Origin: Candidatus Altiarchaeales archaeon ex4484_2
GTDB lineage: Archaea > Altiarchaeota > Altiarchaeia > IMC4 > QMZM01
Direction of reading: 5' to 3'
Assembly (NCBI GenBank): GCA_002254565.1
Contig: NJEG01000015.1
Coordinates: 4,726-68,725, forward strand
Length of the DNA stretch: 64,000 nt
This document shows, piece after piece, positions 51,401 through 60,403 of the stretch. Position numbers and translations under genes: made by a program. The notes beneath the pieces are model-generated. The model saw only the letters and a program-made list of their open reading frames with translations, was not told the DNA's origin and did not search any database. Numbering within the stretch: position 1 is the stretch's first letter; every line of letters starts with the position of its first letter.

Positions 51401-51487
51401 CGCAAGAACTGGTGTAACAAGTGAAGCTCCTATCATCGCTGCTCCAGCTGCTACTGTTCCTATCTTCTTAAAGTCCATAGATTTCAA
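48404..51487 (-). CDS. S-layer protein (Methanococcales/Thermococcales-type N- and C-terminal domains), very acidic and Cys-containing
   Basis: N-terminus KKIGTVAAGAAMIGASL...VQIVVGEKA...AGNIAATVGNLAY. C-terminus LVIVGGPVVNG...IMVAGYLASDTREAG..L. Confidence 0.75.
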   Translation of the reverse strand: MKSMDFKKIGTVAAGAAMIGASLVTPVLAGMDSTGIDTSFFYDSSYMPKVQIVVGEKANAGGPDDFVTAGNIAATVGNLAYMEEAATAGGGAAGATGKVLIETAALGAIGEYIQDTDVEISADFYDQDDAFPQYQFSDSSKTYEPGDFTQYAISCDTEELSEATVLQTMSSNNIHCLFCHTLCLEALENPSHTMKEKLYIDPSSMWYYENGIGKDDPEYLEMALEEQSIKYILKAGWIPMQKMISASGTGSDAWVDFEYRGKMLFFGKEYYVKEIDGEDKIILADGARLDDITSEGYTSEYKGYKFKIDHLIYSGEYVVAGILLTVQKPDGTEVQRQISKMGNAVVDQLEISGVYAESSGGVETASIIVYDIENQLVLEDDEFLTIGDETWTGWKVGVDAVPCNGSNDCETDITQYKGLGANNNLVLDQVTVTLTEDVDEGQDDELWHALRIGDDFDIPGDFKLTFKGYMSSAFREAVCSGDGEGNIVVAPGEEPYQVVVGLTDEKNNRYDLRLDNGPFEESGDEDAFLINGKMYQFIDVSLDDEDDDNLDTYEVDLKPVGSGSKQEITLYHMCDTETDNESANAYACNVGLTNGQPDAGTDPGEYDAANQPCSCEEIDEVVFRTVALSDAFNDDDCSLNKAGDEEVEKDASDLFWANVTVNDVEMVLIYDAGDDDIIMSLKNPWGTSAYNHTKPLLLVDPDLATPIKDGVVSTFDDFENSGSELDLWVERELDLDIYNITACGDSEGVDINDDEDLDDLLIYAENEDGERVVIDMSERSQGDFGDDDYSHSVGVYTTECLVNGSNGGSANECVFADPATNKTYNCTNVSFSDCVLQDDIYSNVITTKVIDDDQDSILYVPEGGDTYTIDWGTDNEITSVEICHPQSAVDSTFFIGTQEEETVVYDEITEADVGNTISAGCCEFTVSNFTMEASGGDGTESYTKVTVNDVGNLVVSEIGADTTKNLVIVGGPVVNGMSTVTPEELEASPDKYIVSKDGNKIMVAGYLASDTREAGDQLIQWLKENAH

Positions 51488-51669
51488 TTTTCTTCATCAC
51501 CTTTGTTTTTTTATTTGTTATAGACCCGTATCTCAGATCTATACTAAATAAGAAAGTATTCAGATTATATATATGTGTAAACGAACAATAGAGGGCTTAT
51601 CTGGTGATTTATTATTTTAAACGTTCGGTTACACTTTAATTGGATATTAAACGTTCATATAGCTTTTAT

Positions 51670-52611
51670 TTAGCCAAAAACCCATTTTTGAAGCTTTACC
51701 CACTTAGTTCTCCCGTCTTTGCGTCTTTTTAGTATATTCCGCCTCTCTAAACGGTTTATTACTTCTGAAAGTGTTGATTTAGGTATTCCAGTTGATTTAT
51801 AGATGTAAGCTTGAGTTATCTCATCATTAGAGGACTCGAGCATCTCGACTATTCTGCCCTCGTTTTCATCCAGTGTATTCTTTATAGAATCCATCACCAT
51901 AAAGCCCTTAATCTGCTCCCTGCCAGTTACCAGATCCTCCAAAGAATCAGTGTCCTGCCCGCTACCCCGTATCCAGAAAAACAATACTAACACAATCAAA
52001 ACCAAAAAACCCAGAACAATATGAAACTCATTTAATGTTGTTAGAGTAGTGGAATTTGTCTGCTGCAGTTCATAATTTATCCTGAAAGAAAACACATCAG
52101 AATCAGGATATACCAGTAAACCGTTCTCTATAGGAGAGAATAGGATGTCCCCCGAGAGAGGTAGTATCTTTGTGGCAGGGGGAAAATGCAGGTATATCAA
52201 GGTATGTCGCTGATTAGCTGATGTTGAATAACGCACAGTCCACTTGGAACCGTTCTTTCCCACTAAATGATCGGTTGAGTAATAAAGACGCACCTGATTC
52301 CCTTCACCACCCAGAAACTTAACAAACACCCTATCCCCCATACTCTCAGTAGTATAGATCAGTTCCTCATCATTGACCCCAACCACTCTTAAATCATCCA
52401 CTGGACAGGGAATAACCGCCCCTGCTGTTTCATCACTTAAGGTTAAGGCCTTCTCCACATCAACAAACCCGTTTTCCTTAATATCAAGGCTTATGTAATC
52501 AACAGAAGAGATTCCAAACTCATTAGAATACACGCCAAGATTAGAGACCTGAGCAAGGGATAAGTGCACAAAAAAAAGGGTAATCAATAAGTATCTTATT
52601 ATGGATTTCAT
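51670..52611 (-). CDS. single-pass membrane protein with an extracytoplasmic domain and a cytoplasmic winged-HTH domain
   Basis: Signal-like MKSIIRYLLITLFFVHLSLA, TM helix FHIVLGFLVLIVLVLFFWI, and a C-terminal wHTH (ITQAYIYKSTGIPKSTLSEVINRLERRNILKRRKDGR). Confidence 0.55.
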   Translation of the reverse strand: MKSIIRYLLITLFFVHLSLAQVSNLGVYSNEFGISSVDYISLDIKENGFVDVEKALTLSDETAGAVIPCPVDDLRVVGVNDEELIYTTESMGDRVFVKFLGGEGNQVRLYYSTDHLVGKNGSKWTVRYSTSANQRHTLIYLHFPPATKILPLSGDILFSPIENGLLVYPDSDVFSFRINYELQQTNSTTLTTLNEFHIVLGFLVLIVLVLFFWIRGSGQDTDSLEDLVTGREQIKGFMVMDSIKNTLDENEGRIVEMLESSNDEITQAYIYKSTGIPKSTLSEVINRLERRNILKRRKDGRTKWVKLQKWVFG

Positions 52612-52627
52612 GTTTCCTTCATCAAGT

Positions 52628-53128
52628 TTACATGCTACGACCTTCATCTGCCTCGCTGAGAATCTTTTGGTAAAGCCTTTTTCTTTCATCATCCTTTAAG
52701 AGAGACATAATCTGCGAGGCATAAGACTGACTAACCTCGGAAACATCAGCCAGTATGGAATGCATCTCATCCAATGACAGGCTTACACTATGTGGTTCAA
52801 TTATTTCAATAGCAGAAGGCCCATATCTCATAACAATTGAGATAAACCATCTGAAATCCCTCACCAGAAATTTTATCTCCGCAACACCTGAAAAGTAATC
52901 ACCTGATTCATCCTTTTTTATGTCAAAAAACCGCACCCTCAAGACGTCAACATATTTCTCCCCCACCAGATTACCGAATATTGTGGTCTCAAGCGCCTTC
53001 TCAGCAGCCTCCTGGTCGTTGCCCTGAACCTCGATATATGCTCTCCCCAGAATAAACCCCCCACTCAACTTCTTGGACAAATCAATATCTTCATTGAATT
53101 TCCTGTCAATCAACGGTTCATTGCTCAT
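52628..53128 (-). CDS. hypothetical cytoplasmic protein
   Basis: ORF only. It is co-oriented and tightly spaced with the wHTH membrane protein. Confidence 0.35.
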   Translation of the reverse strand: MSNEPLIDRKFNEDIDLSKKLSGGFILGRAYIEVQGNDQEAAEKALETTIFGNLVGEKYVDVLRVRFFDIKKDESGDYFSGVAEIKFLVRDFRWFISIVMRYGPSAIEIIEPHSVSLSLDEMHSILADVSEVSQSYASQIMSLLKDDERKRLYQKILSEADEGRSM

Positions 53129-53160
53129 TGTTCAATGTATTGTATTTCAATGTAAAAATA

Positions 53161-53877
53161 TTATCCAGTGTTTTCTATTAACTCCTTCAGAGCCGCAACC
53201 CTCTCTCTCCTGATGGAGCCATCCACCCTGTCCCCCCGGGAGCAGACAGCACCCCTAACCCCCAGTATATCAATACCGGCATCAAGGATGGCTTTAACAT
53301 CTGCTCCATCCAGCGAGCCGCCTACCGCAACCAGAAGACCTCTCTCATGTGCTACACCAGCTAATCCGGCTAAATCCCCGCAAGACAGGTGGTCAAAGAG
53401 ATTCCTGCCATCCTTTAAGGCAGTGTCAAGCATGTAAACATCAGCTCCTGCCTTAACAGAGGCCCTCAGAACATCCTTAGGGGATATTGAATCAATCAGT
53501 TCATAGTCTGCATAACCTGCAACAACAACCTTCGCATCAGTATTACACCCCCTAACTGACTTTACAACAGATGATGCAATATCCAAACCCTGGGAGAAAT
53601 TTTTAGCACCATATAATCCTATTTTCACGTAATTCACTCCCAGAGACGCAGCACCCCTAGCAGCCAGTGAAGCTGTTCCAGGCAGGTAGGGGAAATCACC
53701 TACGGCAGCGCTTACCTCCCTTGCTGCCGGAACCACCCCCTGGATTTCAGATATAACCCAGGGGTAATTAGCACCCAACGAGCCCTCATCCGGGTTTTTG
53801 ACATCTATTATATCCGCACCACCCTGAACTGCTTCCACCGCCTCAGCCCTGTTTCTTGGACTAACCAAAAGCCTCAT
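53161..53877 (-). CDS. mfnB: (5-formylfuran-3-yl)methyl phosphate synthase MfnB (methanofuran biosynthesis)
   Basis: MRLLVSP...GGADIIDVKNPDEGSLGANYPWVI...YVKIGLYG...MLDTALKDG...GVRGAVC closely matches my memory of the MJ1099 family. Confidence 0.85.
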   Translation of the reverse strand: MRLLVSPRNRAEAVEAVQGGADIIDVKNPDEGSLGANYPWVISEIQGVVPAAREVSAAVGDFPYLPGTASLAARGAASLGVNYVKIGLYGAKNFSQGLDIASSVVKSVRGCNTDAKVVVAGYADYELIDSISPKDVLRASVKAGADVYMLDTALKDGRNLFDHLSCGDLAGLAGVAHERGLLVAVGGSLDGADVKAILDAGIDILGVRGAVCSRGDRVDGSIRRERVAALKELIENTG

Positions 53878-53919
53878 TTTTAGAAACCTCAACCATAGTA
53901 ATAATATAGGTGTTTATCT

Positions 53920-54372
53920 ATGAATTTGCTTGCTGATATAAGACTCAGGTGGTATGATGACAGCAGCCTTATGCTTGAGGACGAGAGAGAGCTTATAGCG
54001 TTGTTCCTTGACACCCTAGGGGTTAGCAGGGAGACAGCGATTGATATATTCGAGGCCCTTCTTAAGGCAAAGAAAAGGGATATGGGATTAACAAGCGATG
54101 AGTTAAGGGATGAAATAATCAGGTTGAGAGAGAATAGGGGAAAAAAGAACATAGAGAAGGGTTTAACTATGAGGAACCTGCAGATTTGGCTGAGGTTTTA
54201 TAGGGATATAGAGCTCGTGGAAAGGTTTGGTTCAAGATACAGGTTCGCTAAAAACAAGAAACCAAGCCAGGCATTCAGGGACTACACCAAGCCGGAGGTC
54301 ATAGATAAAAGCTCTGACTTCATGTACCGCCTTCTAAAGGAGATAGAGAATAGATATGGAGTCAAAAAATAA
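53920..54372 (+). CDS. hypothetical protein (possibly DNA-binding), overlapping the start of the ttuA-like gene
   Basis: ORF only, with a 17-nt overlap onto the downstream gene. Confidence 0.35.
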   Translation: MNLLADIRLRWYDDSSLMLEDERELIALFLDTLGVSRETAIDIFEALLKAKKRDMGLTSDELRDEIIRLRENRGKKNIEKGLTMRNLQIWLRFYRDIELVERFGSRYRFAKNKKPSQAFRDYTKPEVIDKSSDFMYRLLKEIENRYGVKK

Positions 54373-55300
54373 GTGCTCCAGATGCAACAGGGATTCTGTT
54401 ACAGAATTAAGCTACCTCGGGGAATCGCTTTGCAAAAGATGCTTCAGCCAGCTATTTGAGAAGAGGGTGAAGAAGACGGTGAGGTTGAATAAGCTCTTGG
54501 CGCGAGATGATAGGATAGGTGTTGCCTTATCAGGGGGAAAGGATTCTGCCGTAGCACTCTACATAATGAAAAAGCTGGTGGACAGTGTTCCCTCCTCGGA
54601 GTTGGTTGCTTACAGCATAGATGAGGGTATTGAAGGCTTCAGGGATAAATCAATTAAGGCAGCATCCGGATTATGTGAACAGCTTGAAATAGAGCATCGG
54701 GTTTATTCATTCAGGGAGAGTTACGGGTTCACCATAGACGAACTCGTTGGGAAACCAGGCCCAGATAAGAGAGCGCCCGTATGCAGCTATTGTGGTGTCT
54801 TAAGGCGGAAGCTTCTAAACGAGAAGGGCAGGGATTTAAGCCTGGATAAGATTGTTACAGGTCATAACCTGGATGATGAAGTACAGACCTCGCTTATGAA
54901 CTACATCAGGGGGGATTTAGAGCGTATAGAGAGGATGGGAGCCAACGTCGGGGTTCTAAAAGATGCCGGCTTTGTTCCGAGAATTAAACCTTTAAGGGAA
55001 TGCCCTGTAGAGGAAATCCTTGAATACGCCAAGATAAAGGAGATACCCTTCTATTCTAAAAGATGTCCCTACTCAGGGGAGGCGTTCAGACAGACTATCC
55101 GAAAGGTTATTGATTTATTGGAGGATAATCACCCAGGCAGCAGGTTCCAGATACTCAACTCCACCGACAACCTCACAAAGAAGCTTAAGGCGAACAGAGT
55201 ATACGGTAAAATAAACCAGTGCATCATATGCGGGTACCCTACCTCAAAAGAGAAATGCAGGGCCTGCCAGATAGCAGAGGAACTCGGATTAGACAACTAA
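54356..55300 (+). CDS. tRNA 2-thiolation PP-loop ATPase (TtuA/NcsA family)
   Basis: N- and C-terminal CxxC zinc fingers, the PP-loop SGGKDS, and the GHNLDDE motif. Confidence 0.8.
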   Translation: MESKNKCSRCNRDSVTELSYLGESLCKRCFSQLFEKRVKKTVRLNKLLARDDRIGVALSGGKDSAVALYIMKKLVDSVPSSELVAYSIDEGIEGFRDKSIKAASGLCEQLEIEHRVYSFRESYGFTIDELVGKPGPDKRAPVCSYCGVLRRKLLNEKGRDLSLDKIVTGHNLDDEVQTSLMNYIRGDLERIERMGANVGVLKDAGFVPRIKPLRECPVEEILEYAKIKEIPFYSKRCPYSGEAFRQTIRKVIDLLEDNHPGSRFQILNSTDNLTKKLKANRVYGKINQCIICGYPTSKEKCRACQIAEELGLDN

Positions 55301-55318
55301 AACATACCCCCCATACCG

Positions 55319-55543
55319 TCAATAGGGGGTGGGAAGTGGCCTCTGCATCATGTAAAAGAGGAGGAATACCACACATAAGACCATGAAAACGAAGGATGCC
55401 AGACCATACATTAATCCAAGGATTAAACCAGAACGGTAGATGTTCACCTGCTCTGTCTCCGCAACTAAGGTGAATGCAGTAGCCATAAATAACATTACCA
55501 CAAGCATGATTGGTATAATCACCAAACCTATAGCACTCATCAT
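55319..55543 (-). CDS. small hypothetical membrane protein
   Basis: A 2-TM ORF with start/stop overlap to the upstream membrane ORF. Confidence 0.3.
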   Translation of the reverse strand: MMSAIGLVIIPIMLVVMLFMATAFTLVAETEQVNIYRSGLILGLMYGLASFVFMVLCVVFLLFYMMQRPLPTPY

Positions 55544-56055
55544 TAAAAAAAAGTTAAATAATCAGAGTAAAAAAAGAAACCCAAGCTCTTCAAAGTCGCA
55601 CCTATAGTGCCAGAGACTGATCCTACAACAGATGTTACCACAAACATGACACCATAAGATATAGCACACAGTATAACAAAACAGCTACCAATGAAACCCA
55701 GAATACCGCATTCCTCGCTAAACGAACCACTGCCCTTGAAAACAACCGAGGCAACCCTCATGAACGCTGTTGAAACAAGCAGTATAATAACCAAGGCCAG
55801 TGGTGCGCCAACAAGAAAAATAGCCCCAGAAATCAAGAGACTTATCAATCCAGCCATTAAATCCCCTAAAGCAGCGATCAGGGAAAAAAGTGAAAAAAAC
55901 AGAAAAGCAATCAAACCCAAAAGGAAACCAACATAGGCAGTAGACAATATACCCTCCCTCAGATCCGGCTTCCTTGACCTGAATTCTTCAACAACAGACT
56001 CCGGCTTAAACAAAAGCCTGAACCAGATGATTAGATAATCAATTAAAAAAGACAT
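55543..56055 (-). CDS. hypothetical multi-TM membrane protein (Yip1-like topology)
   Basis: Hydrophobic ORF of 170 aa. Confidence 0.35.
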   Translation of the reverse strand: MSFLIDYLIIWFRLLFKPESVVEEFRSRKPDLREGILSTAYVGFLLGLIAFLFFSLFSLIAALGDLMAGLISLLISGAIFLVGAPLALVIILLVSTAFMRVASVVFKGSGSFSEECGILGFIGSCFVILCAISYGVMFVVTSVVGSVSGTIGATLKSLGFFFYSDYLTFF

Positions 56056-56080
56056 TTTAACCGGTTAATTGATTGCATAA

Positions 56081-58162
56081 TCAACTAGTTATATCTGATA
56101 TCTCGGTCTTTATTTTCTCGGCTGTTTTCCTGCCCACGACAGATGCAAGCCCTTTGATGTCTGCCTCCCCCAGGTCAGATGGTTTCTGATATCCCCTGTT
56201 GTATAAACGTCTAGCCCTGACCCTGCCAATACCCTTTATTCTTATTAAGGGAACAAGCTCTTCCCTGATGCCGTTACGGAGCCTTAACTCCATCTTGCTC
56301 ATCTCTCCCGCTGACTTCTTCAATTCAAGGATTCGCGCAATCTCGGAAGCAGAGTAAGCAAGCCACTCAGCCACCGAAGTCCTCCGGTAAAGCATTCCGG
56401 GAGGAATATTAAAGTGCTCGTATATAAACTCCTCCGATTCCTCAGAAATCCACGACTGAAGAAGACTGGCCGTCCGGTACCGTTCCAGGAAACCATAATC
56501 CAGGTCAAAGCCGTCCAGATCCCTTAAAAGCTGCCCCGAGTTCTGGAAAGCATCCTCCCACAGCGTCTGCTCATTCTCTTTCTTCACATACAACAAAGGC
56601 AGCTCATCTGAATCACACAGCATCTCCAGCAAACCAAGAGATGGAAAGCTACCCCCCTCTTCCGCTTTCTGCATCAGGTTAATGTAATTGAATGCAGTCT
56701 TGGGGTCGATATATAACTCAGAAACCCGCTTGCCCAAATCCGTAGGCAACAATAGATCATTCACGCCGGTCTTGATGAAACCCCAGAGCTCAAGCTTATC
56801 CAACACCGTCTCCAGCAGTGAACTAAAACCCTCGATACCATACTGGAATCCGAAGAAGGTGGACTGAAAGAACTCCGTCAGGGAATTCTCTGTTCTCGTG
56901 AATGATGAAGCAATCGAAGCCAGCACATGACACCTGAGGACCGGCTCCACGCCAAGCGCCGAATGTATGGATTCAATCTCTCCATTAACGTATTTCTCGA
57001 AAACAAAATCTGCCTCCGACTCGCTTCTAGCTATGGAATACGCCAAACCGACCCTGTCATATTTAGGTCTCCCTGCCCTGCCAACCTGCTGCTTGTACTC
57101 CAGAACAGGGATATATTTCGAGCCAGAGCCAGTATACCTGGTTAAATCCCGCACGATAACAGTCCGGGAGGGGAGGTTTACTCCCGCAGCAAGCGTCGGA
57201 GTCGCTGCGATAACCTTCAGCAACCCATCCCTGAAGGCGTCCTCAATCAACGTCCTCTGCCTGCCGGTAATACCCGCGTGATGGAATACTACACCATGTT
57301 TGGCGCACGCAGAAAGCCTCTTGCACTGCTCTGTGGGAGAGCTCAACGCGTTAAGTATCTTTTCACCCAAATCCTGTAGTTCAACACCACAATCTAGGCT
57401 GAGATCTGACCCAAGCTTCTTCGCCACAGACTCAGCACTCCTTCTGGAGCTGACGAAAACAAGAGTCTGCCCCCCATCCACCAGCGACTCCCTCACAAGC
57501 TCAACCAGTTTCCGGTTCTTATCTGCTCCAACAGCAACCTTCTCCGTTAACTTTACAGGCCTCCATTCAGAGGATACGAGCTCTGCATCAAGCCATCCGG
57601 AAAGCTCCTGGGGGTTTCCTACTGTAGCTGACAACGCCAGAATTTGCATCTCACTGAACAATTTCCTGAATTTCACAGCCAGTATCTCATACACAGGCCC
57701 CCGATCTGATGCTATCAAGTGCACTTCATCCAGGACCAGCATGCCGGTGTTCTCAAACCACTGCGGCCTGGACCTCAGAATGGAATCACATTTCTCTGCC
57801 GTGGAAACAAGAACATCGAAGTCCAGGCTTTTCCTGTATCTGGAGGAATCAAGGTCTCCCATCTCAATCCTGACCCTGAAGCCGAGTTTCTCGTATTTTT
57901 TGAAGTCCCGGTATTTCTCGTAGGCTAAAGCCTTCAATGGCACTATATAGACTATCTTTTTACCCTCCGACAGCTTCCCAGCCATCAACAACTCCGCTGC
58001 GAAGGTCTTGCCGGATGCTGTGGGGGTCGATAAAACAGTGTTCCTACCCTCCATGGCCTTACTTTCCACGAGCAGATTCTGGGGGGGATAGAGTTCCACT
58101 ATACCCTCAGAGCTGAACAAGTCCCTGAATCTCCCGGGGATGGGTGTATCATCCAAGTGCAT
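56081..58162 (-). CDS. hel308: Ski2-like DNA helicase Hel308
   Basis: Helicase motifs PTASGKT, DEVH, SAT and VIAATPTLAAGVNLP, plus a C-terminal HhH-like domain. Confidence 0.9.
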   Translation of the reverse strand: MHLDDTPIPGRFRDLFSSEGIVELYPPQNLLVESKAMEGRNTVLSTPTASGKTFAAELLMAGKLSEGKKIVYIVPLKALAYEKYRDFKKYEKLGFRVRIEMGDLDSSRYRKSLDFDVLVSTAEKCDSILRSRPQWFENTGMLVLDEVHLIASDRGPVYEILAVKFRKLFSEMQILALSATVGNPQELSGWLDAELVSSEWRPVKLTEKVAVGADKNRKLVELVRESLVDGGQTLVFVSSRRSAESVAKKLGSDLSLDCGVELQDLGEKILNALSSPTEQCKRLSACAKHGVVFHHAGITGRQRTLIEDAFRDGLLKVIAATPTLAAGVNLPSRTVIVRDLTRYTGSGSKYIPVLEYKQQVGRAGRPKYDRVGLAYSIARSESEADFVFEKYVNGEIESIHSALGVEPVLRCHVLASIASSFTRTENSLTEFFQSTFFGFQYGIEGFSSLLETVLDKLELWGFIKTGVNDLLLPTDLGKRVSELYIDPKTAFNYINLMQKAEEGGSFPSLGLLEMLCDSDELPLLYVKKENEQTLWEDAFQNSGQLLRDLDGFDLDYGFLERYRTASLLQSWISEESEEFIYEHFNIPPGMLYRRTSVAEWLAYSASEIARILELKKSAGEMSKMELRLRNGIREELVPLIRIKGIGRVRARRLYNRGYQKPSDLGEADIKGLASVVGRKTAEKIKTEISDITS

Positions 58163-58246
58163 TCTCCAACATACATATACGATTCAGCGAATGAAATAAT
58201 CACCTATATTTTGATGTGGATTCCATATATTATATACTCAACGAAA

Positions 58247-58406
58247 GGGGCTGTGGGGTAACCAGGCATCCTAGCGGGCTCCAGAATCAATGGAGCGCTG
58301 ATTTCCCGCAGGGGAGAGATGACGAAAAACAGGTCAGAGACCGATAAGTCTTGAAGAAACTGGATGGAGTGACCTGCCGATGGGGGTTCAAATCCCTCCA
58401 GCCCCA
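58247..58406 (+). tRNA. tRNA-Trp (CCA) with an ~87-nt intron at the canonical 37/38 position (intron ~58285-58371)
   Basis: Exon 1 is GGGGCTGTGGGGTAACCAGGCATCCTAGCGGGCTCCAG. Exon 2 is ACCTGCCGATGGGGGTTCAAATCCCTCCAGCCCCA. The anticodon stem GCGGG/CCTGC forms only after intron removal. Confidence 0.85.
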
Positions 58407-58440
58407 AGACTTTATTTTTTTATATGATAGGTGATAGAGA

Positions 58441-58917
58441 ATGGAATGTGAGCTCTGCGGTAGAAGCATGATAGAAGGCAGGAAGGTGAAGGTAGAGGGT
58501 TCTATTGTAACAGTCTGCGACCAGTGCTCGGAATACGGGGAAGTAGTTAAGCCGGTACCGGTAATTCTGGATAAACCAAGAAAGCCAGAAAAGAAGAGGA
58601 GATATGATTTCAGCCTGAACATCCAGGAGGAGTTAATAGAAGACTATGGGATAGAGGTGAAGAAAGCTAGAGAGAGAAAAAACATGAAACAAGAGGAGCT
58701 GGCTAAGAAGATAAATGAACCCGCATCCATGGTAAAGAAGATAGAGTCAGGGAAGATGAAGCCGAGCATAAAAATAGCGAAACGGGTAGAAGGCATCCTT
58801 GGAATAAAATTAATTGAAAAAATAGGGGAAAAAGAGATAGATAAATCGGATAGCGGGGAAAGAAAAGAGATAACCCTGGGGGATGTCATAACCATAAGAA
58901 AGAAAAAAAGAGGCTGA
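58441..58917 (+). CDS. archaeal multiprotein bridging factor 1 (zinc ribbon + XRE-type HTH)
   Basis: CELCG...CDQC zinc ribbon and the HTH MKQEELAKKINEPASMVKKIESGK. Confidence 0.85.
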   Translation: MECELCGRSMIEGRKVKVEGSIVTVCDQCSEYGEVVKPVPVILDKPRKPEKKRRYDFSLNIQEELIEDYGIEVKKARERKNMKQEELAKKINEPASMVKKIESGKMKPSIKIAKRVEGILGIKLIEKIGEKEIDKSDSGERKEITLGDVITIRKKKRG

Positions 58918-58918
58918 A

Positions 58919-60403
58919 ATGGGGTACTGGATCATATTCCTGATAACATTTATTGCAGGGACTGCGGTGTTAATGCAGACCAAATATGAAAGGCATCTGA
59001 AAATAATCTTTCTCATAAGGACACAGCACTTTATTAACGCAATAGATTTTGTCTCGAAAATAGCTCCAAGATTCTGGCTCTTTCTCGTGGACGCAGCACT
59101 GCCTCTCTTCTTCGGCGGCGTAGGATTCGCCTATCTCTCAAAACAAGAGGAGTCACATAGAAACCTGAACATATTACTTGCCTTCAGTGGATTCATAACT
59201 GCATTAGTCATATCCCCTGACATTATAACGTTTCTGGTAATTTCCCTGCTAATGGTACTCGGGCTACACAGCCTGAAGAAGAGAAACACGTCAGCTGACT
59301 TCATCACAGGCTCCATATTTGTAACCATCATCACGTTGAAGATTCTTGGGGGTTTATCACTGCTCGGACTCTCAATAAATCTTCCGACAGAGTACATATA
59401 CCCTCTTGCATTAATTGAGGGGACATTAGGCATAGTTCCGCTGATGTTCATCGCCTTCATAGCCCAGGCATATGATATCGTATTTGAGGGTTCGCAGAGA
59501 CCCGGCGTTTCCCCTGCTCTGCCTGATGTGAGGGATGGTGAGCTAGGTCTGAGTTTCCCGGGAACAGACATATTCATTCCATTCATATATGCATTAATCG
59601 CCGTTGCTACAGTACTCTTCCCCCATGAATTCGCTCACGGAATAATCGCGAGAGTGCATAAGCTCAAGCTGAAATCAACAGGCCTGTTAACCCTGGGCAT
59701 CCTGCCCATAGGGGCGTTTGTCGAGCCCGATGAGGAAGAGATTAAGGAACGACCAAGCCTGCAGAAGACGCAGATATTTATCGCAGGCTCCTTCGCCAAT
59801 CTCCTGGTTTCCCTGCTGGCCGTGGTTTTACTGGCTTCTATCTCTCCAATCTATCTGGCAATGAGTTCTGAGGGTGTGGAGATAACAGACTTCGACTCTA
59901 ATTCAAGCCTGAAGGGGAATATTGCTGTGGGAGAAATACTTTGTGAAATAAACAATCACCCAGTAACCAGTATAACAAGTTTCAAGGAGGTTGCATCCCA
60001 TCTAATGCCGGGGGATAACGCCACACTCACCACAAACAAGGGCTCATACACGGTAACGTTGGCTGAGCACCCGGAAAACAGTAGCAGAGGGTATATGGGG
60101 ATAATAGTAAGACCCTACAACAGCATTATCGGATACAGAATAATTGACTTCATCACTACCGCATTATTCTGGATATGGTTCTTCAATTTCAACATCTGTC
60201 TTGTGAATCTACTTCCTATAGTGCCATTCGACGGCTGGCGTATTCTTGAGGAATTAACGAAAACCTTCCGAGTAAACCAAAAAGAAGCTATGAAGATAGT
60301 CAAGGGTGTGGTAGCTTTCTCCCTGTTCCTGTTGCTCCTGAATGCACTACCACTCTTGACCCAGGCCATCAACTTGTTTATAGACCTATTAAGCAAAATC
60401 TAG
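58919..60403 (+). CDS. site-2 protease family (M50) membrane metalloprotease with a PDZ-like insert
   Basis: HEFAHG (HExxH) in a TM helix and a second motif NLLPIVPFDG. Confidence 0.8.
   Translation: MGYWIIFLITFIAGTAVLMQTKYERHLKIIFLIRTQHFINAIDFVSKIAPRFWLFLVDAALPLFFGGVGFAYLSKQEESHRNLNILLAFSGFITALVISPDIITFLVISLLMVLGLHSLKKRNTSADFITGSIFVTIITLKILGGLSLLGLSINLPTEYIYPLALIEGTLGIVPLMFIAFIAQAYDIVFEGSQRPGVSPALPDVRDGELGLSFPGTDIFIPFIYALIAVATVLFPHEFAHGIIARVHKLKLKSTGLLTLGILPIGAFVEPDEEEIKERPSLQKTQIFIAGSFANLLVSLLAVVLLASISPIYLAMSSEGVEITDFDSNSSLKGNIAVGEILCEINNHPVTSITSFKEVASHLMPGDNATLTTNKGSYTVTLAEHPENSSRGYMGIIVRPYNSIIGYRIIDFITTALFWIWFFNFNICLVNLLPIVPFDGWRILEELTKTFRVNQKEAMKIVKGVVAFSLFLLLLNALPLLTQAINLFIDLLSKI

Noticed and set aside
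58204-58622. ORFs 58204..58407 and 58287..58622 (minus strand), and similarly 2080..2373, 63088..63321 and 63199..63384.
   Set aside because: They overlap tRNA-Trp, tRNA-His, tRNA-Gly or the structured module. The RNA genes explain the sequence, and the ORF products have no protein-like features.
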